From Lytechinus pictus (Eukaryota): a stretch of DNA of 64,000 nt. The position numbers and the translations under genes were made by a program. Shown here piece by piece: positions 40,701 to 51,200 of this stretch. The notes below the pieces were generated by a model, which had not been told where the DNA came from, searched no databases, and worked only from the letters and a program-made list of their open reading frames with translations. The stretch's first letter is position 1. Every line of letters begins with the position of its first letter. The stretch is taken from contig NC_087245.1 in assembly GCF_037042905.1 (NCBI RefSeq), positions 15,006,001-15,070,000 on the forward strand. Direction: 5' to 3'.

Positions 40701-42676
40701 CTGCCAGAGGCGTTCCACTTGTTTTTTTTATGAGACATTAGTAAGCAATTTTGGTCATTTGCTCACCTACGCTCTTATTTGCCTTGGAATGACATGTTCA
40801 TAATCGCCCATCTTCTTACACCACAGAAACAAAGACAACAATGAGCAACGCCCTGAAGAGAATGAACGCACCGAAGAGGAAAAAGGCATCAGATTCAGAC
40901 TCGGATTCAGGTAGGAAACATTATTCTCTAACCGATTATGCTTGCTTATGAAGGGCATAACACTATTGCTAATACGTATTCCATTTCCTCGAGATGTATG
41001 TATGATTTTCAAACTATGTAATCTGGAGGGTATTTCACTAAGATTTAAGTGTGACTTAGAGTTGCGCTTAAATTTCCTTAGCATGTGGTATAACGCATCA
41101 CCGCATTGGTCAGATCATGCGCACACTACCGCGTATCCAGCAATCAGACTATGTGTTAGATATCATGTGTGTGTTGGTTTTATAGCATGACTCTAAGTCA
41201 AACCTTTTCAATCTTTGTGAAACACCCCCAGGCATGTAACCAACTTGCCTGGCTTGTTGCTTCTTACAGCCATTTTCTCAGTACATGTTGTTGGCACAGG
41301 TACCATCAATACATAATCGAAAGTTCACTCTTTATACTGGCTTGGGAAGCATTTTATGAAATGGACTTATCTGACATTTTATCCGACGAGTCCTGTTTTA
41401 AGCGACAGTCAAAATCAAGGGAATTGTCAGATCTGACAACTTGTAAGACAACAAATCTTGATGAAATACTCCTAAGGAATCAGTAATGATTTTCAGGACT
41501 GTACCTGTATCCAATCAGAGATCCAGATTCTTATTGCAAGGGTGTTAATTCAATATTTCATCACAAAAACTGTATCAGGGGCAATGTTTTGATCTGTAGA
41601 TCAGGTAGACCAGCTTAGCAGGGGTAATATAGGAGCTCCTTGAGCACCTAACAAGGTGGATATGTGTGCTATACAACTACCCTATATTGTTATTATTATT
41701 ATCATGATAATCATTAAAGACAAATGAATAACATGTTTCTGTCTTTACAACAACTTTACTATATCAAATATAGTTTATACAATAATATTCAAGGATAGGG
41801 CTGCCACCTCATGAAATAGCCTTGAATACGAAATATTGAAAATGATTCTCTTTGTTTTTCTTTCAGCTCCTCCCAAACCAAAGAGCAAGTACGTGGACTC
41901 AGATTCCGATGATGATTTTGGAATTTCTAAAGCTCCTCCAAAGAAACTTCCCAAAGCAGAGGTTAGCTATCTCTCTCTTATTAACAAGCCAGTAAACTCA
42001 GTCATTTCAAAGTAATGGTCTGTTTCCTGTACATGCAGAACAGGGGAACATTTAGCACTGCGTAACACTTAATGAAAATTTTTGTTTTGTCTAATCTAAA
42101 TATGTGTTAAAGTTTACTTTAGCTGGATGTAAAAAAATTAATGTGAAAAGTCAGTATGTTGTGATTTATGTCAAAATTTGTAGAGCAATGAAATTACTAA
42201 TTTTTTTCGGGGGGGGGGGGCAGGGGTTAGATACTGTGCACAGAATGCATGACTGCGCATACTACATTTTTACACTGCACACAAGCCAGGCTTAAGTCTG
42301 GTAGGCGGCTGACTTTAATAGATTTAAGCAAACTGCTTAGCCAAAAAATGCAATTGAATACCAAAGAGGGTTAAGTATTTTATTTAAGCAAAATACTGAG
42401 TAAAATACTTAAAATATCAAATTAAATACCAGCTTATGTCAACCAAATCATTGAACCTTTTTTTTTCTCTCATTTTTTTTTCAATTGCAGCCTAAAAATC
42501 AAGCATTGAAGAAGACTCATTCGTGGCTGTATGGCTCTGATGATGATGACAAGGACGATGACATCAGAGTCGAGACGAAGAAGACAGGAAACGGCACCAT
42601 GTCTTCTGCCAGAGGTAGTATAGGAGGATCCAAGACGTCAGTGAAGTATACCTACTCAGATTCAGAAGATGATTAG
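1721..42676 (+). CDS. TOP2: DNA topoisomerase 2 (type IIA), 33 coding exons, ~1663 aa
   Basis: Exons: 1721-1759, 8575-8790, 9432-9519, 9933-9996, 11276-11421, 11755-11852, 12717-12929, 13539-13712, 14422-14523, 19287-19424, 19831-19887, 20395-20634, 21210-21446, 22131-22239, 22751-22860, 23170-23262, 23846-23960, 24513-24634, 25430-25578, 26057-26288, 27063-27262, 27932-28067, 28567-28762, 31045-31286, 32630-32713, 33338-33550, 34030-34153, 37102-37338, 37826-38179, 38784-38882, 40827-40910, 41867-41961, 42491-42676. All introns are GT-AG with matching phases (sum 4992 nt). Hallmark motifs: [24 protein letters not shown] ATPase EILVNAADN and [38 protein letters not shown] and [31 protein letters not shown], and catalytic Tyr in AASPRYIF (codon 25559-25561). 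The low-complexity C-terminal exons are less certain than the core. Confidence 0.96.
2670..2899. mobile_element. hAT-like MITE
   Basis: Termini CAGTGGCGTACC...GGTACGTTAGTG; exact 8-bp TSD GTGTCAGG (2662-2669 and 2900-2907). Confidence 0.75.
3470..4044 (+). promoter_or_regulatory. Putative second (proximal) TOP2 promoter
   Basis: CpG-enriched stretch inside intron 1; two CCAAT boxes (3627, 3655), TTTCAAA near 3588 and an E2F-like ATCGCGCGCCC near 3951; followed by an ATG-initiated exon candidate. Confidence 0.4.
4045..4128 (+). CDS. TOP2: Candidate alternative first coding exon of TOP2 ([19 protein letters not shown][VSFVGGLHS])
   Basis: ATG at 4045 is followed by two consensus GTAAGT donors (after 4101 and after 4128). 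Both are phase 0, so both are in frame with exon 2 (8575, ACA TTA TTT GAT). Confidence 0.45.
4243..4817. mobile_element. MITE with long (~220 bp) terminal inverted repeats
   Basis: 4261-4483 is the reverse complement of about 4588-4811 (e.g. GGAGGCTCCTAGAGAG / CTCTCTAGGAGCCTCC; TCTAGCCCTAAATCA / TGATTTAGGGCTAGA). Confidence 0.75.
5036..5569 (-). mobile_element. 3' fragment of a non-LTR retrotransposon ORF2 (C-terminal zinc-knuckle region)
   Basis: Minus-strand ORF contains [19 protein letters not shown], the degenerate CxxC...ETxxH...C motif found downstream of RT in LINEs; no RT core is present. Confidence 0.65.
6290..6509. mobile_element. Harbinger-like MITE
   Basis: TIRs GGGGTGTTGCAAGAAA...TTTCTTGCAACACCCC; the left TIR is mirrored by an adjacent inverted copy (see findings). 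Confidence 0.6.
10117..10504. mobile_element. MITE
   Basis: 23-bp TIRs CCCCTTTCATAAACCCAATAAAA...TTTTATTGGGTTTATGAAAGGGG; internal ATTATCCGC repeats. Confidence 0.7.
15124..17302. mobile_element. Non-autonomous DNA transposon (8-bp TSD; hAT- or P-like)
   Basis: Perfect 15-bp TIRs CAACCAAAAAATTAC / GTAATTTTTTGGTTG; exact TSD GTGTACAT (15116-15123, 17303-17310); subterminal GCCCYGGAAA repeats; no transposase ORF. Confidence 0.85.
17428..18790 (-). pseudogene. Reverse transcriptase (LINE ORF2 remnant)
   Basis: RT domain and thumb region are open, but the endonuclease is missing and there is a stop just upstream. Confidence 0.85.
19573..19695. mobile_element. Short Harbinger-like MITE
   Basis: TIRs GGCCTGTTTCATAAAGAGTT...AACTCTTTATGAAACAGGCC flanked by CTG; a related internal sequence occurs at about 35050-35200. 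Confidence 0.6.
21493..21615 (+). repeat. Intronic tandem duplicate of the 3' half of TOP2 exon 13
   Basis: Reads [43 protein letters not shown] versus the exon's [43 protein letters not shown]. Confidence 0.9.
23395..23640. repeat. Degenerate (GAT/GGT/AAT)n trinucleotide microsatellite
   Basis: Directly visible in intron 16; it explains the poly-His, poly-Met and poly-Ile ORFs. Confidence 0.95.
27447..27737. mobile_element. Harbinger-like MITE with triplicated 5' end; related copy at ~41027-41229
   Basis: Three ~56-bp copies of GGGGTGTTTT(C/G)CAAAGAT...GAGTTGC(A/G)CTTAAA, ending in TTTGTGAAACACCCCC. The AAGATTTAAGTGTGACTTA...CTTTGTGAAACACCCC motifs recur at 41.0-41.2 kb. Confidence 0.6.
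29963..30997. mobile_element. PIF/Harbinger-like non-autonomous element
   Basis: 18-bp TIRs GGGCCCGTTTCTCAACAC / GTGTTGAGAAACGGGCCC with 3-bp TSD CAG. Confidence 0.75.
31574..32103. mobile_element. Tc1/pogo (Tigger-like) MITE, degraded
   Basis: TA-flanked termini CAGTCAAACCTGTG...CTGGTTCATTG; internal CAGGTGGCYRCTA repeats. Confidence 0.5.
39705..40722 (+). mobile_element. Helentron-associated (HINE-like) element with internal ~164-bp tandem repeats
   Basis: 5' subterminal GTCTCGCCTGCAT and 3' ATGTAGGTGAGAC inverted pair; T-rich insertion site at both ends; about 5 units marked by AGGTCACATGA at 39901, 40064, 40229, 40394 and 40554. Confidence 0.65.
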
Positions 42677-45604
42677 TTGCCCAATCACCTTGACTTTCAT
42701 AATCCTTAGTTTTGTGATAGCTAGTTCAAAAAATAGTCTTGTCATCCTGTGATCAGGGTGTCGTAATACAAACCTCAGTGATTGATCGCAGTGCTTATTT
42801 TAACAATGAATAAGTTTGATTACTATGTGTAATCAGTCGTAAATAAACTGTATGATCAATTGCAAAGCTTTGTGTTAAAGTTACAAGGGTCTACAGTATC
42901 TCCCTGCTGAAAGTACATTTTGAGTTATGAGATATTTCAGATCCCCCGAGGCTGCCTCATCTGTTGTGAAGGTAGTGCCTCATGAAATCTGTGGATGAGA
43001 TTTTGTCTTCACTTGCTTGATTCAAACACACTAGCACTAGCTGTTCCTGAGGCATTCATACTGCTCATCCAACTGATTCCTGTGTTCAGAACTGTGGGCA
43101 GCTCACACTCTATATGGCCTTGTCTGTAGCTTTTGCGAGAATGCACTACCTTCAAGTTTCTATGTCCCAAGTATTGTCCATACTCGGTATACTGAAATGC
43201 TCAGCTCAGTGCAATGCTCATTTAAACAGAAAGTCTGATAATTAGTCACATCCAGGGCTAATGACTTAGCCTATATATGTGTCTGTTCTATTTTTATATG
43301 GAGAAAAATAATGCATACCTAATAATAGGTACTTTTTTATAACATCCATTCATCATTATTTATTTACGCTCATTAATATGCTGAAAACTTTCCTTTAATT
43401 GTTGTGTGTGGGTGATTAAACCTACCTTTGAACCAGTTTGTCAATCAATTTTAGTGATAGACAATTTTTATTTGCTTTTTTATCAGATTGTTTGATAAAC
43501 TAGATTTTAATATGAAACTTTTATTCTTACTTCATATGGAAGTATCTTCAATAAGGTTTGATCAGCCATGATGTGAAATTATATTCCTCAATGGATTGAC
43601 GAGATTCCAAGTCACCTCCAGTGAAATTTGTAGTGATCATTGGACAGAAAAATTTAGAATTTAATTTAAAAATTCCCTTTGTTCATTTATCCAAATGATA
43701 CAATCCTTTGTGATGATATATCTTTAAGGTTATGAAATTTGCAACAGTAGTGCAGGACATTGCCAAAATGATTGATTGATTATGGAAAATTAAGAAAGAA
43801 TTCATATCTTTCTCCGTCAAGTCCATTTTAATCTATGTCCCTGTCTCTCCCCATCTTTATTTGTCTCTTAAATGTGTCTTGTCTCTTTTATATTCCTATC
43901 CCAAGTCAAATTTTTACTGTTTTATTTCTCTAACCACTGTTACCATTTTACCACTGTAAATATTATAAAAATGTGTAAATATGAATGTTGTAGGTAAAAA
44001 GGTATTTGGTTGTGACAATGAGCTGTATATATGCATTTTTTTTTTTACAAAGCAAAGTGGGGCTTTTGTGTGCATTCCACTATTTCTTGCCCGTTTCGCT
44101 GTTCATAATAGTATTTTGATGGAATTTCCTTTTTAACCACATTTTGATAATCATTAAAAATGCATTTTATTGAAATATTAAGATTTTAAACATTTTTAAA
44201 AGGATATCATTAGATGTTCTTTCAATTTTGAGAATCACCTATTGCATAAACAATATCAACTTGTTTTACTGTGTAATTGTCTTACAATATTTATGTACTG
44301 CTCTAAATTATTTGCGCATTGTTATTTAAGATATGACAGGATAGTGCAATTGCATTCCTTTGTAGTATTTCATATTACCGGTATATATTGCTGATCTCAC
44401 TTTCAATTTCAGTAACAATCATTTTAATCAGTTTTTATGCACATCCCTATAGATATGTAGTCTTTTTATATAACCAAATTAGTGAGCTTTACTCAACCTT
44501 TGTGTATAGAACTCTGCCAGTTTTATTTTTTTTATTATTTCATTTTGAATTGCTTCCTATGAGCACTACTACTGGTTAGTAGCTGATAATGGAAATTCTA
44601 TTGCAGGAAATTATTTTAATTTCAAAAATTGTTATTAGCAGTTTGGGTTGTTCGAGAAGTGATTGTAACCAATTCTGTTAGGTCCTCTGTAAAAACCTGC
44701 TATGCAATACATTTAGAGTAGCAGTCATATAAAAAACATAGAGAGCAAAGATGTGATGCACACAAAAAATGATTCCCTGCTAATTCATGCATGATAAATG
44801 AAGGGGGGATGTATAGCAGTGTTTTCCATTGAGCTATTTATGCTCTTAACAGATTTATTTCACATCCTACATCAGCAAACTGACATCTTGAATTTCAGTA
44901 GATAAAATCAAGATGTGATTTGCAATGCTCATTAATAGTGATAGCTCATTTTCTTGAATTGTTTAACAAATGTGGTATTATCTGTACCTTTGAATTTAGG
45001 ATTGTAAATGAGAAGAAAATATGGCAAGGAATATTTTTGTATTTGCAGTTTATATCAATGTCTTCTTAAAGTATAAATTTTAAAATTTCTCATGTATTCA
45101 GTTGCAGATTGATTCTGAAATCAACATTTGATTATTTCATAACATATTTAGATTGGCCTGTGAATTCATGCACAGGTTAAAGTGTTTGATAGAGGCAGGA
45201 ATTTTGTGAATGTAATATTTGATACATGAGGCTGCTGTTTGTGGACCAGTCTGCCTAAATACCGACTAAATATTAAATTAAATATGTGGGTTGCAAGGGC
45301 CAACATTTATTTATTACCGGTGGTCAGAACAGAGACCTTTTGTGTTGCATGCAAACTTTAACACGTCTGAATGTTAAAAACTCTGTATGTTGTTCATACT
45401 TTGGAAGAAATCTGTGCCCCATTCTTGTATTTATACACATCTCAAAACAAAGATTTTGCATTTGTAATGCCCACTGTGTGATCATGGCTTGTTTATATGA
45501 ATGTCAAGATATGAAGCGGGAGTCAGAATCCTTGAAACTGAAAAGATGCATTCGTAAGATAAGCATATCAACAAGTGAAACATGAAAAGAACTACTCGTA
45601 TATC

Positions 45605-45815
45605 AATAGAGGAAGAGGAAGGGTAGAGAGTAGAGGAGAAAGGGAGTTGGGAGGAGGAGGAAGAGAAGGGGAGAGAAGCAGGAAGGAGAGGAGGAATTGA
45701 GGGAGGGAAGCCACAGAGAGAGAGAGAGTGGGGACTTAACAAAACGGGTGAGGGGAGGGGACACTTCAACAGGGAGGGAGGATGTAGGAAGTCCGCGAGA
45801 AAAGGCAAAGAGGTG
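45605..45815. repeat. Polypurine (GA-rich) low-complexity tract
   Basis: Directly visible; lies between the convergent TOP2 and TRIM 3' ends. Confidence 0.85.
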
Positions 45816-48247
45816 AATGAAGTTTGATATTGACTGTACTACAACTACCAACTAAATACTGTATATGGTTTTATTATCAAGACTTTCAACACGAATACAA
45901 AAATTACAAATCAAACACAAATGGTGAAACCTACACTACATAATTCTTCTAAATATAAAGGACAAGACTACAAAGAAAACAGTTCATAAATATCTATTGA
46001 TCAGCCTTAAGTCGAATAAAAGTTAAAGAGGGATAAGTGAAACAACTTGCACAGTTCTACAGTATAATATACCCATACTGCATTTCATCCATAATGCATA
46101 ACTTTTGAAGTGAGTAGTTTACAATATATATGTAATGCATATAAAAGACATCAGCCCAAATGAGAAATACATACACGTTCATTGTGAACTCCAGTTACTA
46201 TTGGTACAACATTTACTGGTTTAATTTATGTTGTGGTTCCTCATATTTCACGTTTCAGAGAAAAAATTATTTCAAAATGTTTCATTTTTTGAGAGTTTAA
46301 GATTGGCACCCATCTGAAAATGAGAAAGAATGTAGCTTCACTTATCTCACGAATGAAAGATGTTTCAAATTTCAACAATCCCCCTATCAAATAAATAAAA
46401 ATACAAATTAAGTTTGACGTAAAAGCACCTAAACTTATTCATAGGACACATGTTATGTTAGATAACTTTAAAAGGTATTCTAATCAATGCAGAAAAACAC
46501 GAGATGTTTGCAGAAATAAAAGTTCATTAATCAAGGAGTCTAAAACAGGTTTCCATTAATAAGCAAACTGAGCTTTCTTCACTGTTCTTATCAGTACATC
46601 AACTAACCAACACAGGATTATTAGTATAAAGACTACAAACAATAACTCAATATAATAATATTTGAATACAGCACTATGATTTGAAGAGGAATGTAACAAT
46701 AACTCAAAGTATGAAATGACATTTTGAAACTACAATACAAACAAAGGTTTAAGAAAATCAAGAACAAATTGAACATGACAATTTTAGCACAACCTATTTA
46801 CTTCACAAGGTAGCTAGAATTCACTCAATAAATCGACAAAGTAACACAGACCTGGATTCACAGAAAAACATACATAACAATAATAAGGCACTTTCATATA
46901 AAGTACAACTGAACTGACGTTACAATAAATAAATACTTATGTCCAACAATATTCATCTGCACGATATGACGGATATCATTGTGTCATACATCATGGTACT
47001 CTTACATTTCATGCTAAATAATATGTTTCTTTAACCCATATAAAGGGAAAATAAATTATTTTCTGTCAATATCAAAGTAAGAGGCAAAGCACCATTAAGT
47101 CATTCACGTTCTTAAATAAGCCACATTGCCAAGATTTTTTTCTGGTCTGAAAACTTGTGAACTTGAATTGAATACAGCATTTTATAGAATTACCATCACA
47201 ATAAGGAGGAAAAGAGAAACTATTTTGAAATGTGAATATCACTCAAACTTTTACTGACTATCCATTGAAATGTGATGAAAATTCACTATATTTGGAGAAA
47301 ACACACATTGATAGCATTTTTATCTGAAAATATAAAAATGCTATAAAGGCTATTAATATCACTTACATGTATCTTGATTTCATTTCATCTTTACTTCAGA
47401 TGCTACCTAGATAAAATTCCACATGAAAGAAATAATACTTTATAGAATGCATCGAAAAATGAAATAACTGAAGAAGACGTCTTGATGACGAGAATCGACT
47501 GGCCCGAGTCAAAATGTTTCACGACCAATAACTTAACCGTTTATACTACAACTGTTTTGCAATTTTGGAAATTATTAGACTGTAAAGCAAGGAAAAAATG
47601 AAGGGGGAAAGGCTTACTCATATTTTACTGTAAATTCCCATCTTTATGTCCAAGGAACACCCCTGTTATGCCCACATTGTGTTTGAAATTATTTTAATTT
47701 TGCTGTTACACTAGTAACACTACCAGTGTATTATAAGACTGTAGTAGCTTCTTTGTTGACTCTGAAAACTGATTTTAAATAATCAGAATATAAGAAAACT
47801 ATCTAGAATCATTGATATTAAAGAGCCAATAAAGAAAGGTTTTTTTATTTCATTTTACTGGTAGTTTACAACCAAATGAAAATAATTTTGATAAAAAATA
47901 TTTACAGTAGAGGACAATTCTATGGATGTAAAGATGAAAATGTGAATATTCAACAGGCTGTGTGCAAAACCTACATGGAATGTTTTTAAAAAATATGACC
48001 GGCCCAAGTAAAACAAATCCCATTTTTAATTGCTGATTTTTTTTAAAGTCTCATTGATATTGTTAACACAATTCTGGTTCAATTCACTGTGACACATTCC
48101 AACATGATCTGAGCAATGTCTTATAAACAGTTGTGATTCAAAATTAAACTCAATACTATTCTTTTCTTCTATTTGAGGTCAGCCTGTTTGATTTGAATCT
48201 ATTGCAACTTCTTGTAAGATGAGACCTATATGAAATATATGGTCCTC

Positions 48248-51200
48248 TTACTCAAGCTGTAGAACTGCACGTGTATTTTCACCTGATCCTGCTAATAGTA
48301 GAGCAACAGAACTCCCGACCACAACAGCAACAGCTTTGTCTTTCAAATTAGCCATGACCATACGGAATGAGTTATGGACTACGAACTCGGTCACCAGAGT
48401 TTCAAGAAGACTTCCGTCCTCAAGGGAATGCTTGTTGACGGTGACTACATTTGGACGAGAAGCCTTTTGGGAAGCGACATACAGAAAATCACTCTTGTGA
48501 CATGCCAAAGCCAGATACAGGGTGTTCTCTTCAGCGATGACAAAGTTCTGCATACCATCATCGCGTAGCCTCTGAGAGTGAACTCCCTGTCGATCATGGT
48601 CTATGAAGATGGCATTCTGGAACTTATCGAATCGCAGGAAGCGAACACCACCGACATAGGATGCGGTCAGCGAACTAACCAGATTTCCTTCAATGTCCAT
48701 GAACATGATACATTGATCATGGAAATTCTGATCTGCTACTACGATTAGGTCTTGCCCATCACTTGGGCAAGAAGTTACAGAGACCCACTTACCATTAAAT
48801 CCATGCAACAGGACACTAGATTCACCTACAATTTTGAAGATTTCCTTCTTATTATTTTGGTACACTATGGTGCTGCCAGCAACCACAGTCAAGTCCCGAA
48901 CCACATCACCATGAACAAGGTTGGGACCATCTTGAAGGAGTTCATCTTCAAGAGGAGGTATATCTTTAATCCCATTCCAAGTATCAGCAATCAACATTTT
49001 GCCATCATCTAGGAACATCAGCTGTGAAATGGATTCATATGTTTCATCATAGCGATGTGAAACCCAGTGTGGTACGACTTCAAATCGTCCCAGGGTACTG
49101 CTATTGCACAATGCATCAAGGTATAGCTTACTTGGGATGAATTGTAAGCCATAATCATTCAAGGCATCACTGAGAGCCGAACTGGGAGTCAATGGCTGGG
49201 AGTCAATGGCTTTTAGTAGATCCTTCATCTTGTTTGCTATGCTACCTTGTTTCTTTACCACCAGTGCATCACTCAATGATTCCTGCAGAGTTTGCCATTC
49301 TGTCACGACAGCTTGCAGACTTTCCTCAAGATTTGAACACTTGTTCTGCTTTTCTTCCATCTCTTCCTCCATCCTCCCCATTACTGCACCAAGGTAAGCC
49401 AGTAGCTCCTCTTTCTTGTCCTCAACCTTGGAGATTACCGTCTCAGCTTTCTGACGAACCTCTGCCATAAGTTTCTGGAGGGCTTCGGTAGCATTCTCTC
49501 GGATCATGTTGACCTCATGGTGAGTTGTTTGAATGGCAATGCTCTCATTGCTGCATTGGTCGATCAGTTCCTGCATCAGAACCTGGACACTGGATGCCTT
49601 CCTGTGCAGGGGGATGGTGGTCTTTCTGTCATGGCTGCACAGACGGCAGCAGAGCTTATCACACTGAATACAATAGAATTTTGCTGGGACCCAACAATGT
49701 ACTTCACAATTTTGATCGGCATCAGGTCCAGACACAGTTCTGTGATGAGAATGGTGCTTAGGACTCTGAACACACTCCAGGCATAGATGCTCCTTGCAGT
49801 GGTGGCAAAAATATGTGGCATCCAGCTTGAGCTTCTTACAATTTTGGCATCGGTTGGCTTCTTGTCCCTTAGAATCTCCACTGGCATCTGAAAAAAATAA
49901 TTTCAATAAAATCTGTTCATTAAGGATACAATTTATGTCCCTTCTCTGTGTGTCAATTTGCAGGAATTATGTTATGTACGGTTTTGTTATTTTCGATGGA
50001 AGCATTAATAAGGAGACTCTTAAGAATGTTATATAACAATTTAAATTAGGAAACATTTAGTCAACATACTGTAGATATTCAGCAATATTTTCAATGATGA
50101 TGTGGAAGAGGTTCATCATGGTGAAGGATTGAGTAGAAGAAATAACAAGTTGTCTCACGATGTATCAAACGTAGCAGGAAAGCGACGTTTGCTCATTGCC
50201 TGACGAAGTCTAGCAGCTTGCAGACGAAACGTTGTTTTCCTACTACATTTGATACATCGTGAGACAACTGGTTATTTCTTCTACTCAATCCTTCACCATG
50301 ATGAAGGTTAATATTTTCAATATTTGATTGAGTAGAACAGTAAATATGAATGAATTTACAAATAATACAGCAGGCAATAGATATAATATTATGATTTTGT
50401 CTCTGAGACTGTCATCAAGACAAGGGTATCAAAGTACAAGTCCATACAAACAAAAAAAATGATTGGAATAGAGAGAGAAAAATCATACAAGCATAATGCT
50501 GAAAACTTAATCAAAATTGGATGTCAATTTTAGGACATTTCTAAATTATTTTTCACAAAACAACCTTATGCACAATACATGCTGAAAGTTGATGATGTCA
50601 CACACTATATTATACAGTATTTATACTATATTTTAATTTTTGCCACTTTGATAATAAGAAAACTCAGCAGCTAAGTGTGTATATTTCTGATCTGGCAATG
50701 GCAGAGGCATACGTTTTTAATTGTGTACAGTCAAGAGCTGATCCATTGTCCTAATCTACATGTATTTCCCTTTTTTTAAGTATAGATACTATAGGTGTCA
50801 GTCTGAAAATGAGAATCATCCTTGTACTAGGATCTTCCCTATTTAGAATATCTCCACAGAAAGAATCTAGGATAGTTCATTCATCAATCAACTGCAGACA
50901 CTAAAACATTCAATGTAAACGTTTCAGGTTTCATAACAACCTTGGGAGGATGTCAAGTCAATTTCAAAAAGATAAGTTGAGCTGGTGCTTAATTGGTCCA
51001 AAGAAATGACAGAATATATTCTTAGCATTCTCAATTCTGTAATTGCCATCCAAGCCTGGAAGGGTGAAGTGAAAGCAATTTGTTCTCATAAACGATGACA
51101 ATTCTGGTTTACCAGGATATGATTCTGAAGTCTTGGTTTATTAATTGTAGATATCCATGTTTTCTAATAAAATCCTATCATCATGCAGCATCTCTGTTTT

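Noticed and set aside
47468..47520. Second hammerhead-like string CTGAAGA...GACT/AGTC-AAAATGTT
   Set aside because: The GAAA box is not intact, the stems are ambiguous and there are no element boundaries; at best a heavily decayed relic.
48374..50036. Plus-strand ORFs overlapping TRIM exon 2, and antisense ORFs over TOP2 exons
   Set aside because: Shadow ORFs of real coding exons with no recognisable motifs.
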